From Anaerolineales bacterium (GTDB lineage Bacteria > Chloroflexota > Anaerolineae > Anaerolineales > E44-bin32): a stretch of DNA of 64,000 nucleotides. Made by a program: the position numbers and the translations under genes. Where the stretch lies: contig SOIH01000164.1 of NCBI GenBank assembly GCA_004376895.1, positions 817 to 64,816 of the forward strand, read 5' to 3'. Below the pieces are notes generated by a model that saw nothing but the letters and a program-made list of their open reading frames with translations, had not been told where the DNA came from and ran no database searches. Of this stretch, positions 9,503-20,174 are shown in pieces. Each line of letters opens with the position of its first letter. Within the stretch, counting starts at the first letter, position 1.

Positions 9503-11338
9503 ATGAGCGATTCCCAATTCCGTACCTTGACGATTGATCTTACAACGGGCTCGAATGTTGTTGGAACCATCAAAAATGACGTTATTCAAAAGTATATCGG
9601 AGGGAGCGGTCTAGGCGCGTATTTGCTATACCCTGAGTTATCCCCAGACCTCGATCCGCTGAGCCCTGAAGCTCCTCTTGCTTTCCTAACTGGCCCGCTG
9701 ACGGGCACGAGCGGGCCCGCCGTGGCACGCTCCGTAATTTGCGGGAAGTCACCCGCGACGGGGATCTGGGCTGAATCCAATATTGGTGGTTTCTTCGGAA
9801 CAGAGCTGCGTAAAGCAGGGGTTGATGTTCTGATCGTTCGCGGTCGAGCCGCAAGCCCAGTTTACTTATGGATCAACGATAGCCGAGTAGAGCTGCGTGC
9901 TGCCGACCATCTCTGGGGAGCGGAAGATACGTACCAAACTCAGGAAATAATCAAGGACGAGCTGGGTCAGCCGGCAACCCGAGTGGCATGTATCGGCATT
10001 GCGGGGGAACAGCAAATCCCCTTCGCCCTGATACTCTGCGATCATGGAAGAGTGGCGGGACGGACGGGATTAGGCGCCGTCATGGGCTCGAAGAACTTGA
10101 AGGCGATCGCCGTGCGTGGTCGAGGCTCGATCCATCTTGAAAACCCGAAAGAATATGCAGCACTCCGGGCTCGAGTTAATAGAGAGCTCAAGGATGATCT
10201 CGTAAGTGTGAGTTTGCGAGACTTTGGTACATCCGCCTCAAGCGATTTATTCGATTATTTTGGTTTAATGCCGAAGAAAAACTTTTCATCAGGTGCATTG
10301 GACGGCACTGAAAATGTATCCGGGTCAGAGGTGACGGAGACGATATTAAGCGGCATCAGCGCTTGTCATGGTTGTGTGATCGCGTGCGGTAGAAAAGTTC
10401 AATTGATGGATGGTATTGAACGCAAGGGTCCTGAATATGAGACGACAGTCGGTTTCGGACCGAATCTCGGGATTACGGATCTATCGTTCATTACGAGAAT
10501 GGGGGAGATCTGTGATCGCTATGGAATGGATACGATCTCGCTCTCTAACACGATTGGATTAGCTTTTGCCTTATTCGAGGATGGTTTAATCACTTCAAAG
10601 GATACCGCAGGCGATGAATTCCGGTGGGGGGATCACGTTGTTGTCGAGAAGCTCGTTCATCAAACGGTGCTACGGGAAGGTTTGGGGGCGATCATAGCAA
10701 AAGGGGCGAGGGCTCTGGGGGTGTATTTTGACTCACCAATATCTGCGGTAGAAGTGAAGGGATTGGAAGTGCCTTATCATGAGCCACGAGGTGCTTCAGG
10801 GGTGGCGCTTGTTTATACCACTTCTCCTCGAGGCGCTTGCCATAATCAGGGACCGTACTACTTGGTCGAGCTCGGGCAAACGATTGAGGCGATCGGCGTG
10901 GACTTCTTCGAGCGCCAGGCGGGAGCGGAAAAGGTCAAGAGCATCATCCGTCATCAGAATTGGACATCCGTCATCAACGCTCTCGTGATGTGCATCTTAG
11001 CAAATGTACCTCCAAGCGACACCAGTAAATTGATCCAGTTTGCGACTGGATATGAATATACTTTAAACGATTTGCTCCTTCTCGGTGAGCGGTCCTGGAA
11101 TCTCAAACGGATGATCAACCACCGCCTCAGCCCTGCTGGAATAGATGACTCGCTGCCAGAGTGTTTTAAAGTTCCGCTTGCAGAGGGCGGTGCTGCTGGC
11201 TATGTCCCTCCTTTTGAGGAGATGTTACTTGCCTACTATGATGAACGTGGATGGGATTCAGACACAGGAATACCGACGACGAAGAAGCTGCGGGAGTTAG
11301 GATTGGACAGTCTATCCGAAGAGCTTTCCTTGCAGTAA
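9503..11338 (+). CDS. aldehyde:ferredoxin oxidoreductase (AOR) family tungsto/molybdopterin enzyme
   Basis: 611 aa. LTIDLTTG...YIGGSGLGAYLLY N-terminal domain, GRTGLGAVMGSKNLKAI, CHGCVIACGR cluster ligands, EVPYHEPRG. Confidence 0.85.
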   Translation: MSDSQFRTLTIDLTTGSNVVGTIKNDVIQKYIGGSGLGAYLLYPELSPDLDPLSPEAPLAFLTGPLTGTSGPAVARSVICGKSPATGIWAESNIGGFFGTELRKAGVDVLIVRGRAASPVYLWINDSRVELRAADHLWGAEDTYQTQEIIKDELGQPATRVACIGIAGEQQIPFALILCDHGRVAGRTGLGAVMGSKNLKAIAVRGRGSIHLENPKEYAALRARVNRELKDDLVSVSLRDFGTSASSDLFDYFGLMPKKNFSSGALDGTENVSGSEVTETILSGISACHGCVIACGRKVQLMDGIERKGPEYETTVGFGPNLGITDLSFITRMGEICDRYGMDTISLSNTIGLAFALFEDGLITSKDTAGDEFRWGDHVVVEKLVHQTVLREGLGAIIAKGARALGVYFDSPISAVEVKGLEVPYHEPRGASGVALVYTTSPRGACHNQGPYYLVELGQTIEAIGVDFFERQAGAEKVKSIIRHQNWTSVINALVMCILANVPPSDTSKLIQFATGYEYTLNDLLLLGERSWNLKRMINHRLSPAGIDDSLPECFKVPLAEGGAAGYVPPFEEMLLAYYDERGWDSDTGIPTTKKLRELGLDSLSEELSLQ

Positions 11339-11355
11339 AGGAAGGAGATAGTCCA

Positions 11356-12975
11356 TTGAAGAAAATTGTAACGGTCGAACAAATGCGTGCAATTGAGCAG
11401 GCGGCTGATGAATCTGGACTGACATACGAAAAGATGATGGAAAATGCAGGTAAATCTATCGCCGCTGCGATTCTGGATTATTGGCCTGATGCGGAAGGAT
11501 GGAATGTAACCATCCTGGCTGGGCCGGGAAATAACGGTGGGGATGGGCTCGTTGTTGGACATTATTTACAAGAGGCGGGAGCGAAAGTATCGGTATATCT
11601 CACTAGAGAAAGGACTGAAGAGGATGAAAACCTTCAGCGCATTATCCAGCATGGATGCCCGATCACAGTTGCAGAAAAGGACAAGCGACACAAAACACTT
11701 AGAGATTTGATCGTTTCCACAGATCTACTCGTAGACTCTGTTTTCGGGACAGGATTCAAGCCTCCCATAAAAGGTGATACAAAGAACATCTTTGAATTTG
11801 TCAATAAAGTGCTAGGAGAGGACGCTTCCGCGCCCTATATCGTCGCGGTAGATTGCCCGTCGGGAATGGATTGTGACACGGGTGAAATTGCAGACGAGAG
11901 TCTATCTGCTGATTTAACTGTCACGCTTGCTGCTGCCAAACCAGGCCTACTGCGTTTCCCGGGCGCAGAGTATGTTGGCGAGATCGTGGTGGCAGATATC
12001 GGGATCCCCTCTTCACAAAAGGAAATCGCAACGATAGATCTTGAATTCGCCACGCGCGAGGGTGTTCGGGCGTGGTTGCCAGAAAGGCCGCGGGATGCAC
12101 ATAAGGGCACTTTTGGACGTGTGATAATCGTAGCTGGGTCGATTAATTTCCCCGGCGCTGCGTCTTTATCCGCACTGGGGGCGTATCGCTCGGGTGCAGG
12201 CCTGGTGACGGTGGCAGTTCCAGAACCTATACAAGGATTTTTAGTTCCAATGATTCCAGAAGCGACGTGGCTTGTTCTGCCGCATGAGCTTGGAGTCATT
12301 ACCGGTTCTGCCGCCGATGTCATCCTCGAAGAGCTTCCCCATTGTCAGGCGCTTTTGCTGGGTCCTGGTTTTGGACAAGAACAGGCAACCCTAAACTTCA
12401 TGAAACGCCTGATAAATCCTTCGGCAGCTGCAAAGCAAGGAATCGGGTTTGTCCGCCACGAAGGTATAGATGAGGCGTTGAAGTTGCCTCCTATCGTTAT
12501 CGACGCGGATGGTTTGAAACTGCTCGCAGGAATACCGGATTGGCAAGTTCATTTACCAGGGCAATCGATACTCACACCTCACCCGGGCGAGATGTCTGTG
12601 ATGACAGGGCTCTCTGTAGCTGAGATCCAGGCGGAGCGTGAACAAACTGCCTTGGATTGGGCTGCACAATGGGGACATGTGGTTGTCTTGAAAGGGGCAT
12701 TTACCGTCGTAGCATCTCCATTAGGGCAAGCTACGATCCTGCCCTTCGCAACACCTGCGTTGGCTCGTGCGGGAACTGGAGACGTATTGTCGGGTGCAAT
12801 CGCATCTTTTCTTGCTCAAGGCTTACAGCCATATCAGGCAGCAATATTAGGATGCTTTATTCACGGATGGTCAGGTGAGATAGCAGCAGGAATGATCGGT
12901 TCGACAGCCGGAGTGATAGCTGGCGATATAGCGGAGCTTATTCCTGCTGCCATAAGTGAATTGGGGCGTTGCTAA
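11356..12975 (+). CDS. nnr: bifunctional NAD(P)H-hydrate repair enzyme (epimerase/ADP-dependent dehydratase)
   Basis: The in-frame TTG at 11356 is preceded by GAAGGAGA. YjeF_N part (AGPGNNGGDG) and carbohydrate-kinase part (HKGTFGRV..., GTGDVLSG). The longer ORF from 11251 would overlap the AOR 3' end. Confidence 0.9.
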   Translation: MKKIVTVEQMRAIEQAADESGLTYEKMMENAGKSIAAAILDYWPDAEGWNVTILAGPGNNGGDGLVVGHYLQEAGAKVSVYLTRERTEEDENLQRIIQHGCPITVAEKDKRHKTLRDLIVSTDLLVDSVFGTGFKPPIKGDTKNIFEFVNKVLGEDASAPYIVAVDCPSGMDCDTGEIADESLSADLTVTLAAAKPGLLRFPGAEYVGEIVVADIGIPSSQKEIATIDLEFATREGVRAWLPERPRDAHKGTFGRVIIVAGSINFPGAASLSALGAYRSGAGLVTVAVPEPIQGFLVPMIPEATWLVLPHELGVITGSAADVILEELPHCQALLLGPGFGQEQATLNFMKRLINPSAAAKQGIGFVRHEGIDEALKLPPIVIDADGLKLLAGIPDWQVHLPGQSILTPHPGEMSVMTGLSVAEIQAEREQTALDWAAQWGHVVVLKGAFTVVASPLGQATILPFATPALARAGTGDVLSGAIASFLAQGLQPYQAAILGCFIHGWSGEIAAGMIGSTAGVIAGDIAELIPAAISELGRC

Positions 12976-13011
12976 TTCATCGCGACGATTTCTAAAGAAG
13001 GTAGAACAAGA

Positions 13012-13040
13012 AATGGGACGCCCCAACGAGGCGTCCCATT
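13012..13040. terminator. bidirectional terminator-like hairpin between convergent genes
   Basis: AATGGGACGCC-ccaacga-GGCGTCCCATT, an 11-bp perfect stem. The flanking A/T runs are short. Confidence 0.6.
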
Positions 13041-13063
13041 AATTTACAGAGATACAGACGTAG

Positions 13064-13405
13064 CTACTTTTTCGCAGTATCGTCTTTTTTCTTCTTAACA
13101 GTTTTTTTGCCAGAATCAACTGCTTTAGTGATTTTCTTCTTCTGGTCGTCAAAAAGCTCCTGGCCTCGCTTCTGGAGATCTTCGGCTTTGGTTTTTGCTT
13201 CCTTGGCGAGTTCTTCCGCGCGAGCACGCGTGTCGTCAATGATATCTTCGGCTTGATCCTTCAACTCAATACCTTTATCGTAGATTAAGGTTCGGGTCTC
13301 CTCTCCGGACTGTGGGGCGAAGAGCAGAGCGACAGCCGCACCGACCAGACCGCCAATTAAAAAGCCCGAGACGAAGGCACCGAAATCACCGTTTTTATCA
13401 GACAT
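13064..13405 (-). CDS. YtxH domain-containing protein
   Basis: GAFVSGFLIGGLVGAAVALLFAPQSGEETR N-terminal YtxH signature followed by a charged helical tail. Confidence 0.85.
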   Translation of the reverse strand: MSDKNGDFGAFVSGFLIGGLVGAAVALLFAPQSGEETRTLIYDKGIELKDQAEDIIDDTRARAEELAKEAKTKAEDLQKRGQELFDDQKKKITKAVDSGKKTVKKKKDDTAKK

Positions 13406-13441
13406 AATCCGTTCTCCTTTGGTTATTATCTTTCCACAAAC

Positions 13442-13894
13442 TTACTTTGAGCGGCGAAAGTCGACCAACTCGATCGCGCGTCTTAGCGCCGCGAAGGTGC
13501 TGTTCGCTTTAACAACAGGTGTTACAAGGTTATCGCTGAGAAATCTGGTAGTTCCGCGCAACGAACCGATTGTCTCGTTTGTAGCTTCGAGTATAGGCCT
13601 GATCTCGTAGCGTAGGAGGTTCGTTAGACGGGCTAGCTGAACAAGCAAGATGACAAGTGCCAAGCCGATGATTAGAGCTTCGAAGGCCATGAAAATTATC
13701 ATAATGTCGCGAATGGTTTCAGTTTGTCCAGGGTTATTAACCATTACGGTCACAGCGAGGACTACACCGGCGATAAGCACGAGAAAAAATACCACTCCCA
13801 GCACGATCCATATAGGAGAAATTCTCGTGCTCGAGGGGGTGGACTCAGCGGGCGTCGAAGTGCTAGAAGGCGTGTGAGTATCTTTTTCGGTCAT
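13442..13894 (-). CDS. membrane-anchored protein, DUF948-like (tentative)
   Basis: Pro/Ser/Thr-rich N-terminus, two TM helices, then LARLTNLLRYEIRPILEATNETIGSLRGTT. Adjacency to a YtxH gene is common for this family. Confidence 0.5.
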   Translation of the reverse strand: MTEKDTHTPSSTSTPAESTPSSTRISPIWIVLGVVFFLVLIAGVVLAVTVMVNNPGQTETIRDIMIIFMAFEALIIGLALVILLVQLARLTNLLRYEIRPILEATNETIGSLRGTTRFLSDNLVTPVVKANSTFAALRRAIELVDFRRSK

Positions 13895-13936
13895 CGGTGT
13901 AAATTATAGCACATGCATATCCGCTGAAATCTATAC

Positions 13937-14251
13937 CTAATGCCGCCGCCGGGTCTTTTTTTGTGAAGAATTAGGTTTGACCAAAATAGCGGTGAGAACA
14001 AGGCTCAGAATCGTTCCCAGAAGCGCAGGGAACAGGTTGATTGAGCCAAGCCTGAGAAACTGCCAGCTGATCAATTCGCCAAGCAGGTGACCTGAAAAGA
14101 ATCCGATCCACGCAGATGCAAGGTAGAATGCGAGGCGTTTGAGACTGCCGCCGCGCAGAATATGGAAAAAGAAGGCACAAGCTGATGCGATGCACAGTCC
14201 CAGGATGAAGCCATGAAGAGTCACGGAAGGATTATCCCTCCTCCTAAGCAT
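13937..14251 (-). CDS. small hydrophobic membrane protein (start uncertain: ATG 14251 or GTG 14224)
   Basis: Three predicted TM helices and a basic C-terminus (KKTRRRH). The GTG at 14224 forms a GTGA overlap with the mnmA stop. Confidence 0.55.
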   Translation of the reverse strand: MLRRRDNPSVTLHGFILGLCIASACAFFFHILRGGSLKRLAFYLASAWIGFFSGHLLGELISWQFLRLGSINLFPALLGTILSLVLTAILVKPNSSQKKTRRRH

Positions 14252-15291
14252 TCCTCCCCATCGTAAAACACCGCGTGCTGCCCGGGAGTTACGTCAGGAA
14301 GTGATTCAAGAAGTTGGACTTCGGCAAGAGTATCATCAAAGGGGCGAACTGTTGCGCCGACTTCCTTTGCCTTATAGCGCACTCGTACAAGGATGGATCC
14401 GTCGTCTGAAGGCGGAGATCCAGAAATCCAATTCGTCTGTCCAATACTGAAACTCGTGCGGCCGAGTCTATCCTTGGGTCCCACGACGAGAACATTATCC
14501 TGAATATTCTTGTTAATTACATAGAGGGGATGTGATTTCGAAACTCCGATGCCTTTGCGCTGCCCGATTGTGTAATTCGCTAAACCTGAATGCTGACCGA
14601 GAATCTCACCCATCACGTCGAGAATTGGACCCGGGGGGGATAAATGAATTCCTTGGTCGGTGAGGAAATCTCTATAATCCTGATCGCCCACGAAACATAG
14701 GTCCTGGCTATCGGCCCGGTCAGCGATCGGAAGATTGAGTTTTGCAGCTTGTTCACGAACTTTGTTTTTTGTGATATCGCCCAGGGGGAATATCGTTCGC
14801 GCGAGTTGATGTTGCTGCAGAACGCTGAGGACGTACGATTGATCCTTGCTTTTGTCCTTTGCCCGGAACAAATGATAGCGATCACTCACGTGGCGAATCC
14901 GTGCGTAGTGACCCGTTGCGAGGCGACTTGCACCCATAGCAAGTACGCTTTCAAGAAGGGTACCCCAGCGAACAATGTGATTACAACGCATACAGGGGTT
15001 CGGCGTTCTTCCTTTCGCATAGTCATCAATAAAGGGATCGACGACCTCTTGTTTGAAAGTATCTTTGACGTCCAGAGTGTGGAAAGGTATCTCTAGGAAG
15101 CTTGCCACTCGCCGTGCGAGCGAGACATCTTCCGGTGAGCAACAACGATTGCTGGTATCAGGTCCAGCAGACCAAAGACGGAGCATTACACCGAAGACAT
15201 CGAAACCCTGCTCTACAAGCAGGGCGGCCGCAACCGAGCTATCGACACCTCCGCTCATTGCAATGGCGATTTTCCCGTTATGTGAAGTCAT
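14221..15291 (-). CDS. mnmA: tRNA 2-thiouridine(34) synthase MnmA
   Basis: KIAIAMSGGVDSSVAA PP-loop, CCSPEDV, NPCMRCN, ATGHYAR. The ATG at 15291 forms an ATGA overlap with the upstream remnant ORF. Confidence 0.95.
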   Translation of the reverse strand: MTSHNGKIAIAMSGGVDSSVAAALLVEQGFDVFGVMLRLWSAGPDTSNRCCSPEDVSLARRVASFLEIPFHTLDVKDTFKQEVVDPFIDDYAKGRTPNPCMRCNHIVRWGTLLESVLAMGASRLATGHYARIRHVSDRYHLFRAKDKSKDQSYVLSVLQQHQLARTIFPLGDITKNKVREQAAKLNLPIADRADSQDLCFVGDQDYRDFLTDQGIHLSPPGPILDVMGEILGQHSGLANYTIGQRKGIGVSKSHPLYVINKNIQDNVLVVGPKDRLGRTSFSIGQTNWISGSPPSDDGSILVRVRYKAKEVGATVRPFDDTLAEVQLLESLPDVTPGQHAVFYDGEECLGGGIILP

Positions 15292-15665
15292 TTGGAGTAA
15301 TCGATTGAACGTACAAGGCAAAGGATTGAGGGCAGTATTGTGGACAATTCCGAGATTGCCTTATCGTCTTTGGAGCGTTCAATAATGACTTTGAGTGAAC
15401 CTGAGGATGATTCCTCACCCAAGATCGGGTTGTTGCTTTCCGTTACGGAGCGGGTGAAAATTACCTCCGCAGGAGAGCACCCAAGTGGCTTCGAGACAAT
15501 CTCTCGAGAGCGTGCTAGGGCGATTTCTGCCCTTTGCCCCCAGCGGTGGAATGACGATGGATTTTCGAAATCCTGCTGGAAAAATGGCAGCATCGCTTTT
15601 AACACATGGGCGTCTAAAGGTGAAGTTCCTACGTAGTCTAAATAGACGTGAGCTTTTTTCTGCAT
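15288..15665 (-). pseudogene. remnant of class-V aminotransferase / cysteine desulfurase (about the first 100 codons only)
   Basis: VYLDYVGTSPLDAHVLKAMLPFFQQDFENPSSFHRWGQRAEIALARSREIV...AEVIFTRSVTESNN parallels the IscS/NifS N-terminus. The PLP-lysine and catalytic Cys regions are absent. The ORF ends after 125 codons. Confidence 0.65.
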
Positions 15666-15758
15666 ACTTGAAAGATTCTATCATGTGCGTCTTGAAAAAC
15701 AGATCTGAAGTTATCTCTAGCAATAGTTCGAGAAGGTTAGGGGTTTATGGGATTATAA

Positions 15759-17093
<1,335 letters not shown>

Positions 17094-17122
17094 CCCACAC
17101 TTGCGCAGATAGTCACGAAAGA

Positions 17123-17154
17123 AAAAAACTGGCGACCAAAGATCGCCAGTTTTT
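17123..17154. terminator. bidirectional intrinsic terminator
   Basis: AAAAA-ACTGGCGA-ccaaaga-TCGCCAGT-TTTT between convergent eno and the zinc-ribbon gene. Confidence 0.8.
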
Positions 17155-17183
17155 AATTACGAGAGGCGCCGGATGGGATGCGG

Positions 17184-17681
17184 TTATCCGGTTATCGGCG
17201 GTAAATCTGCGGGTTGATCTTCGGACGGAGCCCCTGGCACAGGTGTTGTGCAATGTGGACAAATCTGCCATGGGAGCTGCAGAAGCTGACCGCATTGGAT
17301 GCATACTTTTCGGAGTCGGGTGTGGCAATGAGCGCAGACCTGCCAATTACTTTCCGTATGGCTTCCACATCCTGGACATAGCAAACGTTCCTCAACTTGC
17401 GAAAGGAGCGCTTCTTCTTCGAGTGTTAGCTGGTACTCCTCAGCAAGCGTCAGGGCTGGGCGGAGTATGAGGTAGATGATTAGGCCAGGCAGATTCAAGA
17501 CGGCAACCAGTATCGCCGTTAGAATGTGTACAAGTTTATCGTGAGCCCTGGAACGGATATCTCTGAGCGTCCAAAAAATTAAGCTCAGCCATAACGCAGC
17601 CAAGAAGGCACCGAAGAAAGCCGTGAGATAGGTAAAGTATTTCCCAAATGAGGTGATTCCGAAGAGATCCAGCATGGTCAC
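17184..17681 (-). CDS. membrane protein with C-terminal double zinc ribbon
   Basis: Two N-terminal TM helices (PLDc_N-like), then CPGCGSH..CAHCHT and CIQCGQ..CPHCTT. Confidence 0.7.
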   Translation of the reverse strand: MTMLDLFGITSFGKYFTYLTAFFGAFLAALWLSLIFWTLRDIRSRAHDKLVHILTAILVAVLNLPGLIIYLILRPALTLAEEYQLTLEEEALLSQVEERLLCPGCGSHTESNWQVCAHCHTRLRKVCIQCGQLLQLPWQICPHCTTPVPGAPSEDQPADLPPITG

Positions 17682-17818
17682 TCCTGACGAGCGGCATTAT
17701 AGCATGCAGTGTAATCCTAGCAGTGCAAATTTTGGGCCACTTTGACAGCAAGATTCCACTGAAGTATAGTCGCTGTCATCGACTGCGGCACGCAATTTGC
17801 ACAGAATGGGGGTGTGAC

Positions 17819-18523
17819 ATGGGGGATAACCAGCTGCGTTACCGGATTAAGGATCTTGACTCTGGCGATCGACCACGTGAACGGCTCGCTGCCTTAGGCC
17901 CTGGGGCGCTGTCCAACGCAGAGCTACTGGCCATCATGCTTCGAACGGGTATCAAAGGGATGAACGCTGTTCAGTTAGCGCAGACACTATTGGTGGAAAT
18001 CGGAGGCCTCGCCGGATTACATCGCCTCTCTCTTCCCGAGCTTCAAAAGAAAAGGGGCATCGGATTCGCAAAGGCTGCTCAAATACAAGCAGCGGTTGAG
18101 TTAGGACGTCGATTTGCGACTGTGCCCCAAGAGGAAAAACCACGAATTCAATCACCACAGGATGCTGCTAATCTCGTTCTCTATGAAATGGGCGCATTGG
18201 AGCAGGAGCACTTACGGGTAATGCTATTAGACACACGCAATCAGGTCATTCAGGTTGTAGAGGTATACCGAGGCTCACTTAACAGTTCAGTCATCAGAGT
18301 TGGTGAGGTCTTTAGGGAGGCAGTACGGCGAAATGCAGCCGCAATCATTGTTGCGCATAATCACCCGAGCGGTGATCCAACACCCAGTCCTGAAGATGTC
18401 GCAGTCACTCGGGCAATTGTGGATGCGGGAAAACTCCTTGACATTGAGGTGCTTGATCACCTCGTGATTGGAAAAAATCGTCACGTCTCGCTGAAATCAA
18501 AAGGTATGGGGTTTAATAACTGA
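17819..18523 (+). CDS. radC: RadC-family JAB/MPN-domain protein
   Basis: The ATG at 17819 is preceded by [31 protein letters not shown] HhH part and the [19 protein letters not shown]-like motif. Confidence 0.9.
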   Translation: MGDNQLRYRIKDLDSGDRPRERLAALGPGALSNAELLAIMLRTGIKGMNAVQLAQTLLVEIGGLAGLHRLSLPELQKKRGIGFAKAAQIQAAVELGRRFATVPQEEKPRIQSPQDAANLVLYEMGALEQEHLRVMLLDTRNQVIQVVEVYRGSLNSSVIRVGEVFREAVRRNAAAIIVAHNHPSGDPTPSPEDVAVTRAIVDAGKLLDIEVLDHLVIGKNRHVSLKSKGMGFNN

Positions 18524-18525
18524 GT

Positions 18526-20157
18526 ATGGAACACCAAGTGATCTTGCTCCCACGTGAGAATTACTGGACATGGGTTCGCTCATGCTCTGAATACGTGCTG
18601 CAATATGGCCCTAACTTGACCCAGGACCCTCAAACTGCAGCGCAATACATGGCCCCTGCGCAGGTGATAACTTTCCCTGTTGTCGCAGGTGGAGATCCCG
18701 AGGTTGGTCAACTTGAAGATTGGTTTTATACGCAATACCCTGGCATTCGCCTTGACCCGATCCCCACAGACTCCGCTAAAGAGTTGCAGGAGGAATTCGC
18801 ACAGCGAATCGTCGATGCGGATCGCTACGGGCAAAAACGTAAATCTTTCTACTTGGTTTGGCCCACTGACTACTCGGTCATCACTCAAAAATATGCGGCT
18901 AATCCACATATATACAGCCGTTTCGGCATGCCAGGTCATGAGGGCGTAGATATTCGTGCCCTGACCAACACCAATGTTTATTGCTGCGCAGACGGCGTCG
19001 TCTATCGGGTTCATAATGACCCAGACCCAAGGGTGCATGCTTATGGGAAACATGTCCGAGTAAGACATAAAGATGGATACAAAACCGTGTACGGGCATCT
19101 TTCTCGACCATTAGTGCGGGAGGGACAGGAGTTGAAGGCTGGTGAGCTGCTCGGGAAAGCGAACTCTACTGGAGCGTCTACTGGATCGCACCTGCACCTG
19201 ACGTTGAAAAGAGATGGAGCGACGGACCGCGGGGAGACGAATTTCCCAAAGGACATCATCGACCCAACGCAGTTTCTTATTTGGCCGGAATTCGCGTCGA
19301 AGAAATCGTTCGAGGCCTACGACTGGAGCCCTGAGAAGTGCCTTATCGGTGCACACGCAAGGGTGGGGCAGCCATTACAAGACGAAGATCTCAATCTCAT
19401 AAGATTGGCGAGGTTAGAAGCTGTCAAGTTGGAGCTCAGCGAAAGTCTTGATACGATCGAACACCTTCGAGCGTTGAATCCGGCAATGCTCATCGTTGTA
19501 CGTGTGACCGGAGAATTTTCAGGCGCGGCCATCTCCGCAGAAAGATTTTTCACATCGATTGAAAACAATATTGGACGGCTATATCGATCCGGGATCAGAT
19601 ATTTCGAACTTCACAGTAATCCGAACCTGCAAAACGCAGGTTGGCGGCGTTCCTGGCGTGATGGGCTGGAGTTCTCGCAGTGGTTTAATAAAGTATCCCG
19701 GTTGATCAAGTCGCGTTTCCCCGACGCGAAGATCGGTTTCCCCGGCTTATCTCAAGGCGAACTTGTGCCAGGGTGGAGAGCAGATGACGCTCAATTTCTC
19801 AATGAAGCGGAGAGTGCTGTACAGACTGCTGATTGGATAGGCGTGAATTGTTGCTGGACGGATAAGAACTCATTAAAGGCTCGCAATAAGGGGCGGGCAT
19901 TCGAGGTATATCGAGACAAGTTCCCGGGTAAGCTGCTCATGATTACTGAGTTCTGCAACCCGATCAAAAGCGTAGCGGAGCGTACGAAGGCAGACCAATA
20001 TTTAGAGTTCTACCGGATGGTTCGATCCCAGCCTGGTATTGCTGCAGCATTCGCGTTTGCGTTATCTGCTTATCGAGGCCATGATGCAATTGTGTGGCGT
20101 TCAAAAATATCAGACGGGAACGATTTCGCTGAGTTAATTGGTAAAAGGTCAATATAA
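18526..20157 (+). CDS. M23 metallopeptidase domain fused to a C-terminal TIM-barrel-like (glycosidase-like) domain, with no signal peptide
   Basis: M23 motifs are GHEGVDIRA (HxxxD) and GSHLHLTL (HxH). The C-terminal 290 aa or so end with LLMITEFCNP. Starts 2 nt after the radC stop. Confidence 0.7.
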   Translation: MEHQVILLPRENYWTWVRSCSEYVLQYGPNLTQDPQTAAQYMAPAQVITFPVVAGGDPEVGQLEDWFYTQYPGIRLDPIPTDSAKELQEEFAQRIVDADRYGQKRKSFYLVWPTDYSVITQKYAANPHIYSRFGMPGHEGVDIRALTNTNVYCCADGVVYRVHNDPDPRVHAYGKHVRVRHKDGYKTVYGHLSRPLVREGQELKAGELLGKANSTGASTGSHLHLTLKRDGATDRGETNFPKDIIDPTQFLIWPEFASKKSFEAYDWSPEKCLIGAHARVGQPLQDEDLNLIRLARLEAVKLELSESLDTIEHLRALNPAMLIVVRVTGEFSGAAISAERFFTSIENNIGRLYRSGIRYFELHSNPNLQNAGWRRSWRDGLEFSQWFNKVSRLIKSRFPDAKIGFPGLSQGELVPGWRADDAQFLNEAESAVQTADWIGVNCCWTDKNSLKARNKGRAFEVYRDKFPGKLLMITEFCNPIKSVAERTKADQYLEFYRMVRSQPGIAAAFAFALSAYRGHDAIVWRSKISDGNDFAELIGKRSI

Positions 20158-20174
20158 GTTAAACTTGGCAGGTT

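Noticed and set aside
11251-11355. Long N-terminal extension of the nnr ORF, overlapping the AOR 3' end by 88 nt.
   Set aside because: The extension has no similarity to YjeF_N. An in-frame TTG at 11356 with a GAAGGAGA SD lies 18 nt after the AOR stop, and the conserved domain begins right there.
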